Assembly: GCA_013265495.1 (NCBI GenBank)
Contig: MU061537.1
Location: forward strand, 726,076 to 746,075
Direction: 5' to 3'
Length of the DNA: 20,000 nucleotides
DNA from: Vicugna vicugna
Taxonomy: Eukaryota
The notes beneath the pieces are model-generated. The model saw nothing but the letters and a program-made list of their open reading frames with translations. It made no database searches and was not told the origin of the DNA. Numbering within the stretch: position 1 is the stretch's first letter; each line of letters begins with the position of its first letter. Below are positions 10,901 to 19,894 of this stretch, piece by piece. The position numbers were made by a program, and so were the translations under genes.

Positions 10901-13900
10901 ACCATCCCCTAGAGCCAGTGACCCGTGTACCCACTTGTCCTGCAAAACGGTCCTTGCCTGGGGGTAGGAGTCCTCAGTGACATGAGTGGGGCATGGGGTG
11001 TCAGATAGTGTCACGACTGAAGGCTTTTCTCGCAGCTAGCCTCTGACTCCAGAACTCGCAGATTCTCCTTTCATGGGCATTTGGGTGGACCCTCCCTTGG
11101 GGATTATTGACTTCCTTGAGTGCCAGGATTTTCCCAAACTGGGGAATGAAGCTGTGAGGGCAGAGTCCTCTCACAGCTCTGTCCTTTAAAAAATAAAATC
11201 ATAAATAGACAAATAAATGCAGCTAATTTACAGGTTAAAATAAACTTTTCCGCCTTGATGGGTTCTGGGAACCCCATAACCATGGCCACCCCAGGCTCTA
11301 ACCAGTGAACCTGATCTGCTCCGCCCTCCCAGGCGCTAATGCGGCCTGCGGGACGCAGCACCGAGAGCACGTGGGTCCTTGTCTTCACACAGCGAAATCC
11401 TGAACACCTCGTCCGAGGTATGCGTGAGCCTTCCTGCCTTCCCAGCTTGCTTTTGGCTGAGGAAGGGCTGTCTTTCTCAGTGGTAGTGAACCCCGCCCCT
11501 TCCTTCATCTTTCTAACTCCTTCCCACGTGCACCACAGTGCTGGACCAGTACCAGCGGTACACGGGGCATGGGTTTGAGAAGACTGTCCGGGACCGTCTC
11601 CACGGAGCTGCCCAGGTGGCTCTGCTCAGCCTAGGTAAGGGCCTGCTCAGGACCTGGGGGGTAGGCATCTCTCACGGAATGGGAGCTCCCTCCCTCCATC
11701 TCGCCCTCTTTGCTTCCAGCCTCCGTGATCCGGAACACACCGCTGTACTTTGCCGATAAACTTCAGCAAGCGCTCCAGGTAAGAGGGACACCCCTTTTCC
11801 CTTTGGAACAGAAATTGGGAGGAGACCCCTCCTGGGCAAGACCGAGGAGGTTTCACACTGCTGCTCACATAGCAATCTCACATTACTTTGTAAACATGAG
11901 CAGCTGTCTTTTTCAGGTTTACAAACTGTCTTGTCAAGAGTACGGGAGTGCGCTCTGGTTAGAGCTGAGTTAGCTGACCCCAAGGGCACTTCAGTCAAAA
12001 TTTTGACCAAATTAATGTCTGGGTGGCCAAATATAGATATGAATTTGTTCTGTATGACAGTGCCTTGTCCTGTTTCAGGTGTTGCCAAAATGATGATGGA
12101 TGATGGTTAGCTAGAAAGGAAGACGAGAGAGTCACCGTTTCTCAGGGGATCACTGTGTGCCAGGGCCTATGCTGAGCCCACTACACGTTTCAATGAATCC
12201 TCTTATCCACACTCCATCCTTGATTTTTAGATGAAAAAACTGAAGTACAGAGAGGTTAAGTACCTTGCCCAAGGCCACATAGCTATTAGATCATATAGCC
12301 TCCCTAAAACACACATAATGGTCCTATGGAACATTTCACTGCCCCGGGCCTGGTCTATACCGTAGGTGTTGGTCTACACCGTAAGCCATGTCCTCAGTGC
12401 TCCGGGTCCACCTCTCTCCACACTGGGCAGACTTTGCTGTGTATTATCCGAACAAATGGGTGATCTTGGTTTGAATAATTTTATAAACAGAATCCAGTCA
12501 TTCTGCTCATTGAGCTAGGTCTCCTATTAGTACAACTGTCCCCCAAAACCTATAAATAAAAAGCTCACCCCAAAATTTAAGGACATAAAAGTAGTTATCA
12601 TTTTGGCAGATGGAATAGCTTTCTGTATACTGGTGGGGAAACCACCATGCCTTACTAACAGCTATTCAAGACAGTACACAGAAGCACTTACGTTACCATC
12701 CAGAGATTTCCATTTTGACAGTAGATTATTGTGCTTATCCAATAAAGCCTGTACTGTTATAAGTGAATGCTAAGATTCATTTGAAAAGTTGTGGGTATCT
12801 AAATTCCCGTCAGAAAAACAAACTTGTATTCCAGCAGTAAATGATTATAATGTATTTGGCTTTCAGGACTCAGACTCTTGGATATAAATACCAGGTTTAT
12901 CTTAAAACAATCTAGGCCTGCTTTTCTGAAAAATAATTTTTAAAAAGGAAAACTTGATCAAGACACTTTCATATTATGATTTTATGAGAGATACGTGAAA
13001 ACATAGATTGTGAGAAGTATTTATTTAGAAAAATGAACATTTAGTGATGGCTGATTCAGGATAAAGTCAGACCAAATTGAACCATAAAGTGAATGTTCAT
13101 TGTAAAGATGTGAGGGCAGTGTGAGATGCCAAGTACCTGCTCAAGTAACAGGACTGGAATTATGTTTGATGTAGGTTTGTGCGGAGAGTGCCTGTGCACC
13201 CCTGGGAATACTCGGTTAATAAGTGACTCTTGCCCCAGTTCTACAACCGGAGAGTAACAAGAGTTGGAAGAAGAGAAGAACGGGTACTGGGGAGCACTCG
13301 GCAATCTGTATCACAACACAAAACCGATGAGACGGGCAATTTAAAATACAGTAGCCATCAGGCCCACTGACAATTAGGTAATGAGTCCAAACGAAATACA
13401 GCCTCCTGTTTTCACTTCATCACTCTCTTTTGCTTCTTCACAGGGGTTTATGGTCTGTGGGGATGCCGTAAGTGTGGGTTTCAGGCAGCTCTGGGAAGGG
13501 TCTCTTGAGTCAAGTGAAGGAGGAAACTCTGAAAAAGAGGATATTAGGAAATAGTGACAGCACCAGTACCCAGCTCATGACACAAAGAGGATTTCTGCAA
13601 ACAAAATATTTTATTTAGAAATCTCTCATGAGAACATTGTTTATTATAATCAATTATAGCTCATGGCTTGATGATGTCCTATACCTGTATTATTTCCAAA
13701 CTGAACCCTCCGTTACCATCTTTAACCAAAAGGCAGGAGGCCTGGTGCGGGTATAAGTGATGCTGAATGTCAGGGGTCCAACCCGGAGAAACCGGTGTTA
13801 TCAGAATGAGAAGTCACTTGACCCTCCTCTCTCCTAGGACATTCACTAACTTGGAAGTTAAAAAGCAGTCTTCCTGGCTTTCATGCTGGAAGTCTTTAGG

Positions 13901-14619
13901 AAGCAAGTCTCCTCTAACCTTCCTTCAGTACCTGCTTTCAAGTGAGATTCTAAGCTAGTGGGAGGGCCAGGAAAGGCCTGGAAGGAACGAGAAGTATTCC
14001 AGCTGCCCCCACAGCAACTGGTCCTTCCTGCCACATCATCCTCCATGAGAAAGGACAAAGATAACTTTGTCCCTAGACAACGTGCACTTCTCTTTTTCCT
14101 TGACTCTCGCCTCACCAGCCCTCCCTAGAATAATTCACCGTGCAGTCCAGTCCCCACTCTGTGAGAATGTTACTACCACGACCTCCCCATTCTGTTTTTC
14201 CCTCTATCAGGAAACTGAGCCCAATTACCAAGACCTGATGCGCATCCTTATTTCTCGAAGTGAGACTGATCTTCTGAGTATTCGAGCTGAGTTCAAAAAG
14301 AAATTTGGGAAGTCCCTCTACTCTTCCCTCCAGGTGAGACTTGGCTGGTTCTTACCCTGGAGCCTCAGAGCTTCACCTCTGTGTGCACCTGCGCACAGCT
14401 GAGCATATTCATGCCCTGGAGAACTCAGGCGTCTTTGGTTAATTTAGTGCTGGACTCCAGGCACCAAACAAGCTCTGGATCAGCATGGGGGAGGGGACGC
14501 TACCTGAGCCATGGTGACGATGGGTCTTTCTAACACTCTGACTTTCTTGTCCACAGGATGCAGTGAAAGGGGATTGCCAGTCAGCCCTACTGGCCCTGTG
14601 CAGGGCCGAAGACCTCTGA
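7874..14619 (+). CDS. ANXA9: Annexin A9, complete spliced CDS, 345 aa: join(7874-7948,8145-8241,8790-8884,9094-9207,9434-9524,10532-10611,10798-10857,11333-11417,11539-11634,11720-11778,14211-14333,14557-14619)
   Basis: Twelve exons sum to 1038 nt with compatible phases, GT-AG introns and no internal stop. Protein runs [22 protein letters not shown]...[20 protein letters not shown] with four annexin repeats; exon sizes 95/114/91/80/96/59/123 are annexin-typical. Confidence 0.97.
7976..7996. repeat. Short (TTG)n microsatellite
   Basis: cttttgttgttgttgttgtttt read directly. Confidence 0.85.
8145..8241 (+). CDS. ANXA9: ANXA9 coding exon 2 ([32 protein letters not shown])
   Basis: ttttacag|ACT ... 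AGAG|gtgagc; 97 nt. Confidence 0.96.
8320..8352 (+). mobile_element. Possible LINE-2 3' terminal fragment
   Basis: ctggcgatactcagtagatgtttgtggaatg resembles the L2 tail (ctcaataaatatttgttgaatg). Confidence 0.4.
8398..8545 (-). mobile_element. MIR SINE
   Basis: ctcacaacgcctctgtgagg...ccattttacagatgaggaaactggggctcagggagctaa...aagatcacacagct...ggcagagctgggact. Confidence 0.9.
8790..8884 (+). CDS. ANXA9: ANXA9 coding exon 3 ([32 protein letters not shown])
   Basis: ggttcag|GT ... CAG|gtgaga; 95 nt; annexin repeat 1. Confidence 0.96.
9094..9207 (+). CDS. ANXA9: ANXA9 coding exon 4 ([38 protein letters not shown])
   Basis: ttcttgtag|GAT ... AAG|gtacca; 114 nt. Confidence 0.96.
9434..9524 (+). 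CDS. ANXA9: ANXA9 coding exon 5 ([30 protein letters not shown])
   Basis: ttcttgtag|GAC ... CACA|gtaaga; 91 nt. Confidence 0.95.
10532..10611 (+). CDS. ANXA9: ANXA9 coding exon 6 ([27 protein letters not shown])
   Basis: actccag|AT ... AAG|gtgtgg; 80 nt. Confidence 0.95.
10798..10857 (+). CDS. ANXA9: ANXA9 coding exon 7 ([20 protein letters not shown])
   Basis: atcctag|GGG ... CAG|gtgagc; 60 nt. Confidence 0.95.
11333..11417 (+). CDS. ANXA9: ANXA9 coding exon 8 ([28 protein letters not shown])
   Basis: ctcccag|GCG ... CGAG|gtatgc; 85 nt. Confidence 0.95.
11539..11634 (+). CDS. ANXA9: ANXA9 coding exon 9 ([32 protein letters not shown])
   Basis: accacag|TG ... CTAG|gtaagg; 96 nt. Confidence 0.95.
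   Translation, partial: CWTSTSGTRGMGLRRLSGTVSTELPRWLCSA
11720..11778 (+). CDS. ANXA9: ANXA9 coding exon 10 ([20 protein letters not shown])
   Basis: cttccag|CC ... CAG|gtaaga; 59 nt. Confidence 0.96.
12135..12290 (-). mobile_element. MIR SINE
   Basis: actgtgtgccaggg...ttttagatgaaaaaactgaagtacagagaggttaagtaccttgcccaaggccacatagcta. Confidence 0.88.
14211..14333 (+). CDS. ANXA9: ANXA9 coding exon 11 ([41 protein letters not shown])
   Basis: ctctatcag|GAA ... CAG|gtgaga; 123 nt; annexin repeat 4. Confidence 0.97.
14557..14619 (+). CDS. ANXA9: ANXA9 last coding exon ([20 protein letters not shown])
   Basis: gtccacag|GAT ... TGA at 14617-14619; contains the KGD motif. Confidence 0.97.
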   Translation, partial: DAVKGDCQSALLALCRAEDL

Positions 14620-15290
14620 GACCTCTCTGCCCCCATCCCCACATGACGTTCAAGGATCTGAGATTCCCATGTTTGGCTGAGCCTGCAAGAGACCACCTGG
14701 GCCTCCAAATAAGATAACCCCTCACTGAGCATCACATGCTCCAGCTTCTTGTTGAGGCTGGAACTCAAGGTTCTTTTAAATCCCTTAATTTCCCTCATTT
14801 CAAAGTGCTGTCTGCCCCTGGGTCCCCTCGCTCTATCCTGGGTGTGGAGTAATGGGCTCTCTCTGATGGTTTCTGCTCTACCCATCCCTCCCATACTCTG
14901 GCCAGAACATCTCACTGATACCTGAATTCTTTTGGCAAACTTCACTGTTGTTTGTGTTCCCTGATTGAAGTTTGGGTGGAACAGGACATGGGCTGGGAGG
15001 AGGCCCTGAAATTGGAGGTGCCTTTGATGTGCCATTATCAACAACCACCCCCTCCTCGGTGTCTCCCCTCACCCCCATTATTCTCTCTTCCTCAGGAAAT
15101 TTCAGGCAAAATAACTGAGGAACCAGAACGAGGTCAGAAATGGTTAGAGGTAGCAAAGACCATCTGTATGATGGGAGACGTAGGCAGAGGATCAATCTAC
15201 CCGTCACCTGCCTGGGAAGACTGGGGTTAGCAGGGAGCATAACCCGAAATTCATCTGTCCAAAGCAAGGACCTGGAAACCCACCTCCCAA

Positions 15291-15393
15291 ATTAAAGTAC
15301 TATTTCTCAAAGAAAACCTATTAAAAACAGAGAAACAAAAACAAAACAAAACGGAAAATGCAGGCTTTGGCTCCCCCTGCTGGCCCTATTAAA
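15291..15393 (+). terminator. Candidate ANXA9 poly(A) signals (ATTAAA at 15291, 15320, 15388)
   Basis: I found no AATAAA in the 3'UTR; three ATTAAA hexamers lie about 670-770 nt after the stop. Confidence 0.55.
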
Positions 15394-15516
15394 AATGACA
15401 GGCCAACCCTCAGGCCTCTACTCTCCCCCACCCTGCCTTTTGCATTCCTCAATTGGGTCAAATACTTAACCCCATAGCTGCAGGGTAAGGCAAACAACAG
15501 CTCTCCGGAAAGAAGT

Positions 15517-15522
15517 TTTATT
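15517..15522 (-). terminator. MINDY1 poly(A) signal AATAAA
   Basis: tttatt on the plus strand; GU-rich element CTGTTGTTTG downstream on the minus strand (15500-15491). Confidence 0.75.
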
Positions 15523-15964
15523 TCCAAACCCCTAGGAAGGCATTACAAATAGTGGCTATAGAAACCCAAACCAAACCCTGAAACAAATGGATACGGAGGG
15601 GCCTGCAGGACGGCCAGGAGGACTCCACCAGTCAGGGGTAGGTAGTAAGGAAGATGCATTCCAGACAAGGACCTCACCCTGGAGCCTGAGTCTGTGTATT
15701 AATGTGACTATTCTGGTGAAAGGGAGTTGGGAATCAGAAATCCTCACCCCATCAACCCCAGTGTTGCCCTGGAGGGCTGGGAGGAGGAGGAGGCAGCACT
15801 TGAGGGCAAGGACGTCACAAGTCTGACCTTGGCATTTACTGCCTGCTTTGATCCCCAACAGTCCATAAATAAGTTACCCTGAACATCTCAAGTTGAGCTG
15901 GGGGAGCAAGCCACAGAGCCCCAGCCTCCGGACGCAGAGGCCAGGCAGCCTGGCACTGACGGCG

Positions 15965-16045
15965 CTACAGGAGGACACAGTCGGACTCTTGCTTCGGTCT
16001 TTGCCGACGCTCGGTGGCTGGGCGTCCAGATGTGGCTCCTCGCCC
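15965..16045 (-). CDS. MINDY1: MINDY1 last coding exon (GRGATSGRPATERRQRPKQESDCVLL*), CaaX box
   Basis: atccag|GGG ... TAG at 15967-15965; 81 nt. Confidence 0.94.
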   Translation of the reverse strand, partial: GRGATSGRPATERRQRPKQESDCVLL

Positions 16046-19000
16046 CTGGATCAGATTTAACAACTGGTCATCCCTCAACCGTGGAAGAGCACACGGACAG
16101 AGATTCTAGGTGGAAGCAGGGTCAGGATTGGGAAGGGCAGTTCAGGGAGAAAGACAGGAAGGGGCCCAGGGGAGAGGAACCCAGGGGAGAGGGACCCAGG
16201 GGAGAGGGACAGACAGGAGAAGGGCCCCTGCCCTGAGGAACACTCTGAGGGGACGTTGGCAGGAATAAGTGTCTGGACGAGGCGAAGCAGGGGCAGCTCA
16301 CAGGAGATGCGGGAACGCTGGAGGGGCGGCGCTGAGGGCAGGGAGCAGCAGGCTCACCTGCGGTGGCGACGGGGCCCGTGCTGGTGCAGGCTGGACCGCT
16401 TGGTGCTGTTGGTACTCCTCTTGCTGAAGCTGCTGGGCCAGTTCCAAGTCACTAAGACCTAACGTGCCCTGCGGCTGCTGCTGCTGCTGCAGGGACAATG
16501 CGATCAGGTAGTCCTGGAGGGAGGGGAAAGGACAAGTGTCGGTGGAGGCGCTGGCTGGGGCAGGGGGATACCCAGGCTAGGTTTAGGTTTAGGTTTCCAA
16601 ACCAGCCGTTTCTCTTCCTTCAAATTCCCTAGCTCCTTCTCCTCCAGAGCAAAACACACAGCCAAGTGTATTACCTGTGGTGCCAGAGAACACACACCAA
16701 GTGCGGAGATGTTCCAAAGGTAACAGAGAGGAGAAGGCCAAGTGTGTCATATGTTACAGCCTCTAGATGATAAGATGCAGGCAGCTGGCCTGTGGCAAAG
16801 AGCTCTCTGAGGCAAATGTGCCCTCTGCACCCTTCCCAGAGGCCCCACACACCTGGTCCACCTGCCGCTGCTTCTCTGGGGAGCCGCTCGCACTTTCTGC
16901 GCCAGGCCCCTTGCCCAGGGAATGACTCAGGTGGAAGTCAGAGTCACAAAAGCAGCTGTCTCCGTCCACATTGTGCAGGCTCTCCCACACCACCTGCTCC
17001 TCCTGTAGAAAGCCCTGGTCAGTGACCAGTAGGTATAAGTGACTCTGCAAAGAAGAGGACAAAGTTAACTGGTAAGATAGACGACACGGAGGCAGTTTAT
17101 GGCCAGAAATCATCTGAGATGCACAGAAACTATTTGAATCAATTGGTATGCCAACTGGAATATGTGAGCAAAGTGGATCTTTTATAAAAATGCATGGCTG
17201 TGGGAAGAAGGCAGGGCTGTCTGAGGGCACGGCCACCTGGGTGTGTGGATGGCGGTCACTGTGGCCAAGCATGGAGTCCTCGGGGCTGGGTCCCACCCAA
17301 GACACTGCTGCCTACCCTACCTCCCCTGGTTCTCTGGGCTCACCTGATGGCTATGAGGGTAAATCCTTCTACTCAACTCAAGAGCTCAGACAATTTCTAA
17401 CTTTGGAAAACTGTAGTATTGTTCAAAAACTCCACTGCCACTTCCTGGGAGAGGATTTTTACTTTCCTGTCCCATTGACGGCAGGCTGACTCCTCAGGGC
17501 TCACTCTGGCCAGGGAGGGGTTAGCAGGACTCATGCGTGTCATTTCCGGGCAGAAGCCCTAAAAGCAAGGGCCTGGTGTCCCTCTGTCTCTTTTAACTCC
17601 TCTATTGCAGATAACGGCTGTCTTGTCAGCCGGGGTCCCGGAGTGATGATGCGGGACAGAGCTGCAGCCAGTCGGCAGTAGACAGGCAACATGAGTGAAA
17701 AACAAATCTTCATAGTGGTAAACCACAGAGATTTTAGGGGTCATTTGTCACCACAGCTTAATCTACCCTATCCTGATGGAAACACTGACCCGGAAGAAAA
17801 AGGCAGGAGGGAATGACAGCCCTGCAACCCCCACGCCTCCAAACCCTCATCACCTTGTGCTTAGTCATTGTGCTAAAGTGGTTGTTCCGGAAAAAGACGC
17901 TAAGTTCGCCCTCCTTGGCAGCCGCCGTCAGCTCACACAGACCATGGTAGGTCAGCTGTGCGGCCGTGGTCTCCAGGAACTGCTCTGCAATCAGGCCTGG
18001 CAGCAGGGCACAAGAAGGGGGAAGGGGGGGGCTTAAAATCCAAAGTCCACAGTAGGAAGGACCATCCAGAGAGCCCCCGCCAAAGAGCAAGGGGTCAGTT
18101 CCACTTTGTGAAATCCCTTCCCTGAAGCCTGTATTCATTCATTCAGCAGATGCTAACTGAGCAGCTATTTTGCCGCCAGGCACCGTGTGAGGGACTGGGG
18201 GGTGAAACGATGAACGAAGCAGGCAACCCCCTAAACTCACTCTCATGGAGCTTTTATTCCAGTGTGACATGGTGGGGGGGACAGTAAACGGTAAACCGAA
18301 GGGGCCATCATTCCCTCCACCGAAGACCCACAGAAGAGAAGGGAGGGATGGCACCTTCTGTCACCAGGCTGGTGTCGCTGGAGTGCTTGCAGGTGATGAT
18401 CTTCTCCACCAGCTGGTTGTAGCTCAGTTTCCCAACCGCGCTCACAGCCTCAGGACTCTGCAGGGGCAGTGGGGTGGTGCGGAAAAAACTGAGATCTTTT
18501 TTAGGAAGGAAATGAACCAAGTCCACAGGCACTGCAACCCTACGACCAAAGCTTCCTGAAACTCTCGACCTTGAAAAGTACCGACCTATTTGCCTGTGGT
18601 TTGCTTGCATTTGAATGTTTCTCCCACAAAAAAGGTGAAAGTTAAAGGAATTCTGCACTGGACCCACCCTTTAAACCTTAATCCCCTCCCAAGGCAATCT
18701 GCTCCCTGCCTCCCTCACCCCCAGCCCATAAAATTTTTTTCTTTCTCAACTTGAGCTGGTTAAGAGTCTCATTTGGGCTCTCTCACTCTCACCTGTGGAT
18801 CAACAAGCCAGCCATGGTACAGAGGTATGCCTAGTAGGTCAAAGATACTGCACTCGGGTGTGTACTCAAAATCAGAGACGCCTGTGAACCGCACATTGAC
18901 ATCCAGCCCTGTGGCCAGCTTAGGCAGCACTGTCATTGCATCGTCCACATTCTGGGATAGAAAACGATGGACAGAGCAAATCAGCACGTCGTACATCTTA

Positions 19001-19894
19001 AGCTTACACAGTGTTATATGTCAATTACATGGCAATAAAGCTGGGAAAAAAGAAAATGATGGCTATCCTAGCCTCTCCTCCCCCCACGCCACTCCCACCT
19101 CCAGAAAAGAAATCTAACCTTGTTGCTTTTCTTCCCCGGTTCCCTCACGAGCCACTGCATTCCTCCCTTGCATCAACCCTTCTTTATCTTATGTAAATAG
19201 ACATACTGTCTAGGACAGAGGTACACCCTCCCCCTCCTGCAGAAAGAAATCACAGTTCAAGGAACCCTCTCGAGAAGTGTCAGAAAGGCCCCTCTAACAG
19301 CCCGCCTGTCCCCTTATAAACCTGCAACCACTGCGTCCACAGACCTTTCACCTCACCTGCTGGAAATTAAGCTGAAGTCCCTCTGACTTCTCCTGGGGCT
19401 TGATGGACAGAAGGCAGTCTCCTGCAAGACAGGAATCCTTATCAACTTACCCCACCAATTGTCCCAAAAGCTGCTTCCTCTTCTCCTGGAGAGCAGGGAT
19501 GTCACAGAACCACAGATTTTCAGAGCTACAAGGGGCCTTAGAATCTAACACAGACCTTTCATTTCTCTGAGGAAGAAACAGGCTCACAAAGGTGAAGGGC
19601 CCACCCAGGGTCACACGTGAAAGCCAAGGGCAGAACTGGGGTTACGACTCAGGACTCCTGACACCTTCACTTTTGCTTTTCATCCCCCAGCCCTGCAGAG
19701 AAGCCCCGTAGACCTTTACCTTCCCTGCCACAAAAGAGCCCCGAATGGGGGGGTTCCCTCAATATTCTGGATTTCTGGCTGAGTGGATAGCACTGGAACC
19801 TTTTGGGTAAGTCCTCTTCAAGGCCCAGTCACTCACCAAGGTGGGCCATGAGCTCATCTGATGTGATCACTTCCTTCTGAGGCGGCAGCTTCAC
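15965..19894 (-). CDS. MINDY1: MINDY lysine 48 deubiquitinase 1 (FAM63A), 5'-partial: complement(join(15965-16045,16358-16513,16853-17044,17854-17996,18355-18457,18793-18951,19357-19421,19837-19894))
   Basis: Eight in-phase GT-AG exons translate VKLPPQKEVITSDELMAHLG...LATGLDVNVRF...FFRNNHFST (catalytic His)...tandem MIU...SDCVLL*. The exon with the catalytic Cys lies beyond the window. Confidence 0.97.
16161..16210. repeat. 15-bp minisatellite, about 3.3 copies of GGRRCCCAGGGGAGA
   Basis: ggggcccaggggaga / ggaacccaggggaga / gggacccaggggaga / gggac. Confidence 0.9.
16358..16513 (-). CDS. MINDY1: MINDY1 exon encoding tandem MIU motifs (DYLIALSLQQQQQPQGTLGLSDLELAQQLQQEEY...PSPPQ)
   Basis: ctccag|GAC ... 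CAG|gtgagc; 156 nt; (CAG)5 at 16475-16489. Confidence 0.95.
16853..17044 (-). CDS. MINDY1: MINDY1 exon (SHLYLLVTDQGFLQEEQVVWESL...QVDQ)
   Basis: ttgcag|AGT ... CAG|gtgtgt; 192 nt. Confidence 0.96.
17412..17784 (+). mobile_element. MaLR (MLT1-family) solo LTR
   Basis: Starts TGTAGT and ends AACA; 3' part aaaccacagagattttaggggtcatttgtcaccacagcttaatctaccctatcctga matches the characteristic MLT1 end; internal ttccgggcagaagc motif. No TSD seen. Confidence 0.75.
17854..17996 (-). CDS. MINDY1: MINDY1 exon (LIAEQFLETTAAQLTYHGLCEL...FFRNNHFSTMTKHK)
   Basis: tgccag|GC ... AAG|gtgatg; 143 nt; catalytic His motif NNHF. Confidence 0.97.
18131..18265 (-). mobile_element. LINE-2 3' end fragment
   Basis: attcattcattcagcagatgctaactgagc...ccaggcaccgtg...ctcatggagcttttattccagtg is the reverse complement of an L2 tail. 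Confidence 0.8.
18355..18457 (-). CDS. MINDY1: MINDY1 exon (SPEAVSAVGKLSYNQLVEKIITCKHSSDTSLVTE)
   Basis: ctgcag|AGT ... GAAG|gtgcca; 103 nt. Confidence 0.96.
18793..18951 (-). CDS. MINDY1: MINDY1 exon (NVDDAMTVLPKLATGLDVNVRF...HGWLVDPQ)
   Basis: tcccag|AAT ... CAG|gtgaga; 159 nt. Confidence 0.97.
19357..19421 (-). CDS. MINDY1: MINDY1 exon (GDCLLSIKPQEKSEGLQLNFQQ)
   Basis: ttgcag|GA ... CAG|gtgagg; 65 nt. Confidence 0.95.
19510..19670 (-). mobile_element. MIR-family SINE
   Basis: tttcagagctacaaggggccttaga...tcatttctctgaggaagaaacaggctcacaaaggtgaag...cccagggtcacac...caggactcctgac. Confidence 0.75.
19837..19894 (-). CDS. MINDY1: MINDY1 exon (VKLPPQKEVITSDELMAHL)
   Basis: ccccag|GTG ... CTTG|gtgagt; 58 nt. 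Confidence 0.95.

Noticed and set aside
11994..12007. Perfect 14-bp palindrome GTCAAAATTTTGAC
   Set aside because: Same chance expectation; no flanking TIR/TSD structure seen.
12351..12388. Imperfect 19-bp tandem duplication (tggtctaYaccgtaR)
   Set aside because: Two copies only, no spacers; ordinary slippage duplication, not CRISPR-like.
13668..13705. TGATGA...CTGA resembling C/D snoRNA boxes
   Set aside because: Only about 35 nt long with no terminal stem; too short for a C/D snoRNA.
7874..14619. Possibility that ANXA9 is a pseudogene
   Set aside because: All 12 coding exons are in frame with canonical splice sites between them and no premature stop.
14439..15044. 201-aa minus-strand ORF antisense to the ANXA9 last exon
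   Set aside because: No recognisable homology, non-ATG start and no splice context; incidental.
16578..16596. (TAGGTT)3 telomere-like hexamer
   Set aside because: Not TTAGGG and only three copies; simple microsatellite.
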